This document shows positions 18,090 through 26,113 of a DNA stretch of 64,000 bases, in pieces. The notes below the pieces were generated by a model that was not told the DNA's origin, made no database searches, and saw only the letters and a list, made by a program, of their open reading frames with translations. Location: assembly GCA_965243025.1 (NCBI GenBank), contig CBDETY010000003.1:480001-544000 (forward strand), read 5' to 3'. A program made the position numbers and the translations under genes. This stretch comes from Candidatus Latescibacterota bacterium (GTDB lineage: Bacteria > Latescibacterota > UBA2968 > UBA8231). Numbering within the stretch: position 1 is the stretch's first letter; each line of letters begins with the position of its first letter.

Positions 18090-19073
18090 ATGACTCGTCT
18101 TCGTATCCGGAAGCATTTGAATGCCAGTTTGGTCCTGCTTCTATGGTTGGCAATATCTGCCGGCCTGTCTGCCCGGGCAGGGGCCCACCTCGGAGACCGC
18201 GTGTACCCGGTTACCTACCTCAGCGACGAAATGCTGGAAAGGATCGATCTCAAGGACGGGTTGGTGGACGAGTGGTACGAGTTGGTCGGCGAGCCCTCCA
18301 TGACCCTGCTGGATTTCACGGGAGAAGAGCCGCATTCGCCTCCTTTGCCACCAGATCCTTCCGACCTGGACTTCCGCATCTGGCTGGCCTGGCACGACGA
18401 GCCTGCCCGTCTCTATGTCGCCTTCGTGGCCAGCGATGACGTGTACGAGAACACCCATGACTACAGCAGTTCTCCACACTTGCATTTACATGACAGCATC
18501 ATGTTGGCGATCGACGGAGACCATAGCGGCGGTGCCGGCTCTAGGAACGGTACGCCGCTGGAAGAGGTTATCGAGATTCAAGGGCAAGCTCCGGATTACG
18601 AGGCTATTTCCCGCACCGTCAGCGGTCCGACCCTGAATAATGGGCTGTATAGATTCCAGAAGAAACAGACTTTATGGACGACCGTGCCTCCCTATGGGGA
18701 CAGCGGCGGCGGCGCGGCCGGAGAAGCCCCGGTCATCTGGGTGATCGAGCTGTACGTGACGCCGTTCGACCGCTGGGGAGAAACGTGGGGAAGCCCCGAG
18801 GGGAGCGTGGTCAGCCATTTTGCCGCAGGAAAAGTGATCGGTTTCTCGGTGGTAGTGCTCGACCATGACCCGCCTGCATATGATTCCCAGAATTGGGCTG
18901 TCCAAGTCCGGCAGTCAGACGATTCCGACTCCCCGCTCTGGAACATATTTCGCAATCGGGCGGATTCCTTTCTCGACGGGCTGCTGCTGCCCGCCGATCC
19001 GGCTGGACCGGGTGACAGCGCGGTGGAGTCGGTTTCCTGGGGGCGGATCAAGGCCTCCCTGGTGATTGAGTAG
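18090..19073 (+). CDS. Secreted CBM9/DOMON-like protein with WGRIK tail, paralogue 4
   Basis: RBS AAGGGAG, start MTRLRIRK, AGA|HLGD. Mature region nearly identical to paralogue 1. Confidence 0.85.
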   Translation: MTRLRIRKHLNASLVLLLWLAISAGLSARAGAHLGDRVYPVTYLSDEMLERIDLKDGLVDEWYELVGEPSMTLLDFTGEEPHSPPLPPDPSDLDFRIWLAWHDEPARLYVAFVASDDVYENTHDYSSSPHLHLHDSIMLAIDGDHSGGAGSRNGTPLEEVIEIQGQAPDYEAISRTVSGPTLNNGLYRFQKKQTLWTTVPPYGDSGGGAAGEAPVIWVIELYVTPFDRWGETWGSPEGSVVSHFAAGKVIGFSVVVLDHDPPAYDSQNWAVQVRQSDDSDSPLWNIFRNRADSFLDGLLLPADPAGPGDSAVESVSWGRIKASLVIE

Positions 19074-19178
19074 CCGGCCGCGGGGCTGGCTTCACCAGCC
19101 TTGTTTCCTGGCTCCAGCTCCCCGGTCTATCAGGGTGGTTCACGCTGTTCCGGCCTCATCATCCGGGGTTTTCACAAG

Positions 19179-20135
19179 ATGGGAAACTACTGTCCCATGC
19201 CTCCTCCCACACTGACGGTCTTTCTGTCCCTCTGTTCACTCCTCTGGCAGAATCCCGTCGGGGCCCACGACCTGGAGGGGAGTGTCTATCGCATGTCCCG
19301 GGACGGATCCTCCGTCGAGCGCATTTCCGCCGAGAAGCCGGGATGGGTGACTGTCAGCCCGCGTTGGGCCCCGGACGGCCGGCGCATCCTGTACGTCGCC
19401 CAGTCCGGGGACAGAGTAGAGTTCCACGTGGTGTCAGCGACCGGAAAAAAACTGATGAGGGTGAAGGTGCCGGCGCATATAACCAGCGTGGCCGGCGTCT
19501 CCTGGTTGCCGGACGGGGAGGCAATCGCCTTAGCCGGCAAGACCGCGGGGGAATCGTACGACATCTACGTCGCGAAGCTGGGTGCCGGAGAACCGAAGAT
19601 CAGGCTGGTCGTGTCGGACGCCATCCAGCCGGCCTGGGGGCCCGACGGGAAACGCGTCGCTTTCACCACTTTCCGCGACGGCAATCTCGAGGTGTACGTT
19701 GCCGATACCGACGGCCGCAACCTGCGCAACCTGACCCGGCACGAGGGGAACGACGCGCGTCCGGCGTGGTCCCCGGACGGCCGCCGCATCGCCTTCGAGA
19801 GCGACCGCTTCGGAAATCTCGAGGTCTGTATCGCAGAGGCAGTCAGCGGGGAGGTGATCAACCTCAGCAATCACCCCGGCCAGGACCGGGAGCCGTCCTG
19901 GTCCGGCGACGGCAGGGAAATCGCCTTCGTTTCAGGCCGGGACTGGAACGACCATATCTACCGCATGGCGGTTGACGGAACGGGCCTCACCAGATTGACC
20001 GCGGAGTACGTCACGGACCGGGAGCCGGCCTGGTCCCCGGATGGCGAGAGCATATGCTTCGTTTCCAACCGGCCGGAACCTTTCCCTGATAAACTGAGCC
20101 GCTGGTTCAGCGGCTTGCTGGCGGACTGGCAGTAA
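19179..20135 (+). CDS. TolB-like beta-propeller (PD40 repeats), secreted
   Basis: Repeated P.WSPDG..IAF.S.R.G..E.Y. Hydrophobic signal ending VGA|HDLE. Start uncertain (19179 or 19197). Confidence 0.85.
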   Translation: MGNYCPMPPPTLTVFLSLCSLLWQNPVGAHDLEGSVYRMSRDGSSVERISAEKPGWVTVSPRWAPDGRRILYVAQSGDRVEFHVVSATGKKLMRVKVPAHITSVAGVSWLPDGEAIALAGKTAGESYDIYVAKLGAGEPKIRLVVSDAIQPAWGPDGKRVAFTTFRDGNLEVYVADTDGRNLRNLTRHEGNDARPAWSPDGRRIAFESDRFGNLEVCIAEAVSGEVINLSNHPGQDREPSWSGDGREIAFVSGRDWNDHIYRMAVDGTGLTRLTAEYVTDREPAWSPDGESICFVSNRPEPFPDKLSRWFSGLLADWQ

Positions 20136-20236
20136 AAGCGGGCGAAACCGTTGATCCGCGCTTGCCCCGCTTTGCCCGGCCGGACCGGAAGGCACCGCGG
20201 CGGAGTCGGGCAGGGCCGCCAGGACCGCTTCCGCTT

Positions 20237-23200
20237 CTACGGTTTTTTCAGCTTGTAGACCCGCATCCGGGAACGCAGCCGCTCCGGATTCATACCCAGC
20301 AAGGCGGCCGCGCCCCTCTTCCCGGAGATGACCCAATTGGTTGCCTTCAGGGCTTCGAGGATTTGCTGTTTTTCGGACTTGAAGACCGGGCGGGCCTGGT
20401 TCTCCTTCCCCTGAACGACCGGCGGGGTCGACGCCGGCGACGAAGATCCGCCTTCGTACAGGTCATCATCCGGAAGCACGTCCTCCAGGTCCACGACGTG
20501 ATTCCGGCACACGATCAGCGCCCGCTGCATCACGTGCTCCAGCTCGCGCACGTTCCCCGGCCAGGCATGCTCCTGAAGGTGCCTCGACGCCTCGGGACTG
20601 ATAACCGGCACCGGGCGCTCCAACTCCCCGGCAAACCGGCTCGCGAAGTAGGCGGCGAGGAACGGTATTTCCTCCCGGCGGTCCCGCAGGGCCGGGATTT
20701 TCACCGGGAACACGTTCAGGCGGTAGAACAGGTCTTCCCGGAACGTCCCCCGGTCCATGGCTTCCTGCAAATCCCGGTTGGTCGCCGCAACCACCCGGAC
20801 ATCCACCTCGACGGGGGTCTCACCGCCGACGCGTGTCAGGCGGCCCTCCTCCAGAACCCCGAGCAGCACCCTTTGGGCCTCCGAGGGGAGGTCGCCGACT
20901 TCATCGAGGAACAGGGTGCCCCCGTGCGCCTGTTCGAAGCGGCCTTTCCTTCGTTCCACCGCATTGGTGAAGGCCCCCTTTTCGTGGCCGAACAGTTCGC
21001 TTTCCACCAGCCCCGGGGGCAGGCCCCCGCAGTTGACCGGCACGAAGGGGTGCCTCTGCCGCGGGCTCACGGCGTGAATGTGCTGCGCGAGCACCCCCTT
21101 GCCCACCCCGGTCTCGCCCAGGATCAGCACCATCGCATCGGTCCCGGCCACCTGTCCGGCCAGTTTCAGGACCCGGGACATGACCGGACTGTTTCTGAGC
21201 ATGTCCTGCTGCGAGGTCCACGGCATGTGCTCCAGGGCCGGGCCGGGTGCGCTTTGCTCCCCCGCGACCGCCTCCACCTCCAGGCTGACCGCGTCCGACA
21301 TCAGGCCGTCGCGGTCCCGGGTGCGCACCTCGAAGCGGAACCGGCCGGCAGGCAGACCCGAGAACGAGACCGAATCGGCGGGGGTGAATTCGCTCCAGGC
21401 TTCGGCCGGGCCATGACCGGCGAGCCGGTGGCTGTAGCGCATCTGATCCGCCCCGGTTCGGAAACCGATGCCCTGAAACGCGATTCGAAGCTCGCGGGTG
21501 CCGGCCGGAAAGGACACGACGGCCCTGGGGTGCTTGAACAGCCGTCCGGCCTCGGCCTCGCGGATCACCAGGGCCGGAGGGATGCGGCCGGGCTGGTACT
21601 CGATGAGCCCGGCACGCGTGCCGAACCACAGCCGGCCGTCGCTGCCGCGAAGGATCGCCTCGACCGCGTTCTCGAGGCCGGCGTTCCCCAGGCGGAAGGT
21701 CTGGAACGCATGCCCGTCGTACTTCAGCACCCCCCCGCCGCTCGTGCCGACCCACAGACAGTCCTGCCCCGGGTCGGCCAGCAGACAGAGAATGCCGTTG
21801 ACGGACAACTCCCCCCGGTCCACGGTAAACCGGCGAACTTCCCGGGTGGAGGAATCCAGCACGAACAGGCCGCTGTTGGCCGTGCCCACCCAGAGGCGGT
21901 CCTGGTGCTCGCACAAGGCCGTCACGTCAGACACGGCCTCCAACCCGGCCAGGGCCGGCGGCTGCAAGCGGCCGTCCTCGTACCGGTACAGCGCCGGTCC
22001 GGGCCCCCCGGTACCGATCCAGAAGGCGCCGTCCCGGGCCGGCAGCACGGCGCGGCACTCGTAGGGCAGCTCTTCTGCCACCGGGTTGAACCGGTCGGCT
22101 TCCACCCGCCCCAGGCGCCCCCGGGAGGTGCCGGCCCACACACGCCCGCGCCCGTCCGCGCACAGGGCCGTGATCTCTTCCCCGAAGTTCGCCCCGGCCA
22201 CCTCGACCGCCTGGATTTCTTTCCCCGTCCGTTTGAAAACCTGGCCCTCGGGGCCGCCCCAGACCGCCCCAGGACCGTCTACCGCCAGCGCCGAGACCGT
22301 ATGCCCGGCATTGACCGTGCGGATGCAGTCGTCCTCTTCCAGGCAGGCCAGGCCTCCCATGGTCCCGATCCACACCCGCCCCCGCCCGTCTTCGTCCAGG
22401 CGCCGGATCTCGTTGTCGGGCAGACCGTCCGCTTCCGTGTACAACTGCACGCTGACCGGATCGCAGAAGAGCAGCCCGCCGCCCCACAGTCCTATCCAGA
22501 TGTTTCCCTCGCGGTCCTCGCAGGTCAGTCTCGTGTCCGAAAAATGGGTGCCCTGCAAACGGGCCGAAAACGGGTGCCAGGCCTGCCCGTCGTACACCAG
22601 GACTCCCCGGCGAGCCATCCACAGCCAGCCCCGGTCGTCCAGGCGCACGTGCCGCGTGCCGTGCTCGACGACTTCACCGCGCTCGACCTCATGGTCCACC
22701 TCGATCAGGTCGAGCTGTTGGCGCCGGGGATCGTAGCGGCCGACCACGGCTTCGCGGCCCACGTAGCGGAAGGCGATCCACAGACTGCCGGAGGCGTCCG
22801 GGGCGAACTTCCAGGGCCACTGCATGGCTGTTTCCCCGGTGCCCGGATGCCCGTTCATGGGCTGCCCTTCCAGGTCGATGATCCCCCGCTCCCGCGACGC
22901 CAGCCACGTCGTACCCGCCGCGTCGGTAGCCATGTCGTACACCGCTCCGAGGGATTGGCCGGCCACGTCCGTCAGCGGCTCCAGACACCGCCCCTCGACA
23001 AAGCGGGCGATCCCGTTTCCGGTCAGCACCTGTACCGAGCCGTCCGCCTGGGGGTACAGGCTCAATATGTCGTTGGAGGGCAGTCCGTCCGCGGTGGTGT
23101 ACACCTGGAACCCCTGCCCGTCGAAGGCGGCCAGCCCGCCCCCGAGAGTGCCGAACAACAGGCGCCCGTCCTCGTCCTCGGCAATGGTCATCGCGTTGAG

Positions 23201-23440
23201 ATGGGGAAGCCCGTTCGAGGGGCCGAAGGTCTCGAACCGGGCCCCGTCGAAGCGGCTGACCCCGCCGTCGGCGGTGGCGATCCAGAGGAGCCCCCGGCGG
23301 TCCTGGTAGATGTCTTCCACGTGCATCCCGGCCAGCCCGTCGAAGACCGTGTACTGGCGCCCGAGGATGTGGTCGAAAGCCCGCCGTTCCGGGAGCCGGA
23401 AGGAGGGGTCACGGGGTTGGGGACCTTGGCTCATTTTCAT
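20237..23440 (-). CDS. sigma54-dependent activator: Reg_prop beta-propellers + Y_Y_Y + AAA+ + Fis-type HTH
   Basis: Many D..G.LW.GT.GG / YT..DGLP.N repeats. YSHRLAG..W..FSGLPAGRFRFEVR (Y_Y_Y). GETGVGK, ESELFGHEKGAFTNA, GTLFLDE, FREDLFYRLNV, WPGNVREL and an FhlA-like HTH. RBS AAGAGGA before the ATG at 23440. Confidence 0.92.
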   Translation of the reverse strand: MKMSQGPQPRDPSFRLPERRAFDHILGRQYTVFDGLAGMHVEDIYQDRRGLLWIATADGGVSRFDGARFETFGPSNGLPHLNAMTIAEDEDGRLLFGTLGGGLAAFDGQGFQVYTTADGLPSNDILSLYPQADGSVQVLTGNGIARFVEGRCLEPLTDVAGQSLGAVYDMATDAAGTTWLASRERGIIDLEGQPMNGHPGTGETAMQWPWKFAPDASGSLWIAFRYVGREAVVGRYDPRRQQLDLIEVDHEVERGEVVEHGTRHVRLDDRGWLWMARRGVLVYDGQAWHPFSARLQGTHFSDTRLTCEDREGNIWIGLWGGGLLFCDPVSVQLYTEADGLPDNEIRRLDEDGRGRVWIGTMGGLACLEEDDCIRTVNAGHTVSALAVDGPGAVWGGPEGQVFKRTGKEIQAVEVAGANFGEEITALCADGRGRVWAGTSRGRLGRVEADRFNPVAEELPYECRAVLPARDGAFWIGTGGPGPALYRYEDGRLQPPALAGLEAVSDVTALCEHQDRLWVGTANSGLFVLDSSTREVRRFTVDRGELSVNGILCLLADPGQDCLWVGTSGGGVLKYDGHAFQTFRLGNAGLENAVEAILRGSDGRLWFGTRAGLIEYQPGRIPPALVIREAEAGRLFKHPRAVVSFPAGTRELRIAFQGIGFRTGADQMRYSHRLAGHGPAEAWSEFTPADSVSFSGLPAGRFRFEVRTRDRDGLMSDAVSLEVEAVAGEQSAPGPALEHMPWTSQQDMLRNSPVMSRVLKLAGQVAGTDAMVLILGETGVGKGVLAQHIHAVSPRQRHPFVPVNCGGLPPGLVESELFGHEKGAFTNAVERRKGRFEQAHGGTLFLDEVGDLPSEAQRVLLGVLEEGRLTRVGGETPVEVDVRVVAATNRDLQEAMDRGTFREDLFYRLNVFPVKIPALRDRREEIPFLAAYFASRFAGELERPVPVISPEASRHLQEHAWPGNVRELEHVMQRALIVCRNHVVDLEDVLPDDDLYEGGSSSPASTPPVVQGKENQARPVFKSEKQQILEALKATNWVISGKRGAAALLGMNPERLRSRMRVYKLKKP

Positions 23441-23562
23441 CTTCGACTTCGTCCTCTTTTGGGGAAGCAAGGAGGTGGGATCGCTGATCGATGGCGGTAC
23501 CTGCATGAGATGAAGAGAAGCGGGACCAACCGGCCCCGACCTCTCGGGGAAATCGTGAAGTT

Positions 23563-23611
23563 GTATTAAATACAAAAATTCGTATTAAATACAAAAAATG
23601 GTATTTAATAC
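23563..23611. promoter_or_regulatory. Triple palindromic operator/UAS, copy B
   Basis: GTATTAAATAC at 23563 and 23582, GTATTTAATAC at 23601 (19-bp period), in the divergent intergenic region next to the activator. Confidence 0.75.
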
Positions 23612-23748
23612 AACGAGGCTCGGGGGAAGCCGATGGCGACAAGAACGGGGCGAAGGCGGAAAAAAATAAAATGTGCTGCTATAAGCCCGAGACTAAACAA
23701 CAGGTTATGTCCAAAAGGAACAAATTGATGGAGCCGCGGCCCATGTAC

Positions 23749-23764
23749 AGGCACCCCTTTTGCA
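23749..23764 (+). promoter_or_regulatory. sigma54 (-24/-12) promoter B
   Basis: AGGCACCCCTTTTGCA fits GG-N10-GC. It lies 139 bp after the third box, as in copy A. Confidence 0.8.
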
Positions 23765-23780
23765 GCTTCTCTGGGTGGAC

Positions 23781-23806
23781 CGGGGTAGCGAACAGGCGCT
23801 ACCCCG
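23781..23806 (+). promoter_or_regulatory. Conserved 5'-leader hairpin B
   Basis: Perfect 10-bp stem CGGGGTAGCG-aacagg-CGCTACCCCG. Confidence 0.55.
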
Positions 23807-23925
23807 AAAAACAAATTCTTGAAGAAGAGAAGATGAAGGCCAACCCGTACCGTTCAGGAAACCGGCAGAAAAGAAGCCCTGCCGAGCCTCCTGACGGGCA
23901 GAACAAGGGAAAGGAAAGGATACAG

Positions 23926-24927
23926 ATGCCTCCTTTTCGCATCGGAACTCATTGGAGCATGGCCCTCGGCCTGTTCGTCGGGTCGGCCCTGTCGGCCGGC
24001 CTGGCTGACCAGGCAGGCGCCCACGTCGGCAGTCGAGTCTTCCCGATCCCCGAGCTGACCGACGAGATGCTGGCCGGGATCGAGCTCGACGGCTATGTGT
24101 ACGAGGAGTGGTTCGATCAGATCGGCGAACCTGCCCTGACCTCGGTGGATTTCCTCACTACCGGGAAAGAACCACATGATCCGGCCGACATGGACTTCCG
24201 CATCTGGCTGGCCTGGCACGATGAGCCGGCTCGCCTCTATGTGGCCTTCGTGGCTGCCGATGACAATTACTGGAATACCTTTGACTATGATGCCACGGAG
24301 CCTACAAATAGAATGCTGTCGGGTGTGCGAGGTGGCAACGACGGCATTGCCCTCGGTGTCGACGGAGATCACAGCGGCGGTCCCGGGTTTGCAGGATGGA
24401 TGGGGCGGGATAGAATCGCGGAGAGCAGGGGGAATGCGCAGGCATATCATGCCGTTTCCCACACCCCTTCCGGACCGATCCTGGATGACCCGAAGTCCAG
24501 ACACAGGGCCAAGGTCTTCTCCTGGATGACCCTGCCGCCCTACGCGGAGGCCGCCGGCAAGGTAGTCGGGGAAGGGCCCGTCATCTGGTCGATGGAGCTG
24601 TACGTCACGCCGTTCGACCACAGGGAAAGCCTGACCAGTCCCGAGGGGTCCGTGGTGAGCGATCTGAGCGCGGGACAGATCATCGGCTTCGTGATTGGCG
24701 TGTACGAGAATGACGCGGGGGATCCTCATGAGCAGTTGGCGGTGTTGGCACCGGAAGCGCATGCCACGGGTTCCGATAGTGAAATTCTCGACGACGTAAT
24801 TGATTCTGTCGCCGACAACTTCCTCGATGGGCTGCTGCTGCCGGCCGGCGCGGCCGGACCGGTGGAAGACAGCGCGGTCGAGTCGGTTTCCTGGGGGCGG
24901 ATCAAGGCCTCCCTGGAGTTGGAGTAG
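23926..24927 (+). CDS. Secreted CBM9/DOMON-like protein with WGRIK tail, paralogue 5
   Basis: RBS AAGGA, signal AGA|HVGS, DFRIWLAWHDEPARLYVAF, DGDHSGG, ELYVTPF, SWGRIKASLELE. Confidence 0.85.
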   Translation: MPPFRIGTHWSMALGLFVGSALSAGLADQAGAHVGSRVFPIPELTDEMLAGIELDGYVYEEWFDQIGEPALTSVDFLTTGKEPHDPADMDFRIWLAWHDEPARLYVAFVAADDNYWNTFDYDATEPTNRMLSGVRGGNDGIALGVDGDHSGGPGFAGWMGRDRIAESRGNAQAYHAVSHTPSGPILDDPKSRHRAKVFSWMTLPPYAEAAGKVVGEGPVIWSMELYVTPFDHRESLTSPEGSVVSDLSAGQIIGFVIGVYENDAGDPHEQLAVLAPEAHATGSDSEILDDVIDSVADNFLDGLLLPAGAAGPVEDSAVESVSWGRIKASLELE

Positions 24928-24999
24928 TCCGCGTAAGGTGTCACCCTGCGGGGGCCTTCCCTGTCGAGCCCATGTCGGGGGAACCAGAGGAGGAGACAG

Positions 25000-25965
25000 A
25001 TGCCCCCTTTTTGCACCAGGAAGCAGAGGAGCACGGCCCTCGGCCTGCTCGTCGGGACGGCCCTGTGGGCCGGCCTGTCTGCCCAAGCAGAAGCCCATGC
25101 CGGCGGTCGACTGTTCCCGATCGCCGAGCTGACCGACGAGATGCTGGCCGCGATTCAGCTTCACGACGGTTCGGTGGCCGAGTGGTTCGATCTCGTGGGC
25201 GAACCCACCATGTCCCTGGTGGATTTCAGAAGAGACTTCGATCACGGCTTACCCGATCCATCCGACCTGGACTTCCGCATATGGCTGGCCTGGCACGATG
25301 AGCCGGACCGGCTCTATGTCGCCTTCGCGGCCAGCGATGACGTGCACACCATACCTCAACGGAGATCGGGCTTCCCTACCGAACTCACCCTGGCTATCGA
25401 CGCAGATCACAGCGGCGGTGGGCTTAACTTGGAATCTTGGGAAACGAGGGGTTTTTGGGGGGAATCGCAACAATACGGGGCAATAGCCCGTACGGCCAGT
25501 GGCCGCACTGCGTTGTATGGCTATTTCACGTCCGGCTTGAGTCGCGGGTACTCAATAGAAACCAAGGAGGATTCCTGGATGTTCTTTCCTCCCTACGCAG
25601 ACGCAGGCGGTGGCGTCGCCGGGGAAAACCCGATCATCAGGGTAATCGAGCTGTACGTCACTCCATACGACAGTTGGCAGGGACCCGACAGTCGGCCTGA
25701 AGACGTCGCAGTCAGCGATCTGACGTCAGGAAAGGTCATAGGCTTTGCGATCCTCGTTTGGGAAAACGATGGCGAAGGTCGGTTCTCCTTGGGACCTGAA
25801 GCAGTTCAGAGTGAAGACCCGGAAGTAGACCTGCTATACCGTTACCGGGCGGAGCTCTACCTCGATGGGCTGCTGCTGCCGGCCGGCGCGGCCGGACCGG
25901 TGGAAGACAGCGCGGTCGAGTCGGTTTCCTGGGGGCGGATCAAGGCCTCCCTGGAGTTGGAGTAG
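25000..25965 (+). CDS. Secreted CBM9/DOMON-like protein with WGRIK tail, paralogue 6
   Basis: RBS GAGGAGG, signal AEA|HAGG, same conserved blocks. The last 111 bp (25860-25970) are identical to 24822-24932. Confidence 0.85.
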   Translation: MPPFCTRKQRSTALGLLVGTALWAGLSAQAEAHAGGRLFPIAELTDEMLAAIQLHDGSVAEWFDLVGEPTMSLVDFRRDFDHGLPDPSDLDFRIWLAWHDEPDRLYVAFAASDDVHTIPQRRSGFPTELTLAIDADHSGGGLNLESWETRGFWGESQQYGAIARTASGRTALYGYFTSGLSRGYSIETKEDSWMFFPPYADAGGGVAGENPIIRVIELYVTPYDSWQGPDSRPEDVAVSDLTSGKVIGFAILVWENDGEGRFSLGPEAVQSEDPEVDLLYRYRAELYLDGLLLPAGAAGPVEDSAVESVSWGRIKASLELE

Positions 25966-26113
25966 TCCGCAGGCGCATCGGCTCCGCTTCCCCAGGATGA
26001 GCAGCCGCCATTAGACCTGATCGCCGTTCAAGCGAAAAGCCTCGACGTCGACCGGGTCTGCCGCCCCCGCAGCCTGAGAGACCTCCGGTGCCGGGGCGCC
26101 CGCTCGCTGGGAC

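Larger units (their letters stand above)
14935..19073 (+). repeat. Tandem array of four ~1.06-kb gene units
   Basis: Stops at 15900, 16960, 18015 and 19073. A 106-bp identical 3' block (15794, 16854, 17909, 18967). Near-identical 74-bp spacers (15901, 16961, 18016). Confidence 0.95.

Noticed and set aside
23671-23925. N-terminal extension of paralogue 5, or a remnant second peptide gene (MKANPYRS...)
   Set aside because: The first part overlaps the promoter. The ATG at 23926 has an RBS and gives a proper signal peptide. Similarity to the 14479 peptide is too weak to claim.
14935-25965. Diversity-generating retroelement as the source of paralogue variation
   Set aside because: No reverse transcriptase or non-coding template repeat in the window. 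Differences include T/C changes and indels and are not adenine-restricted.
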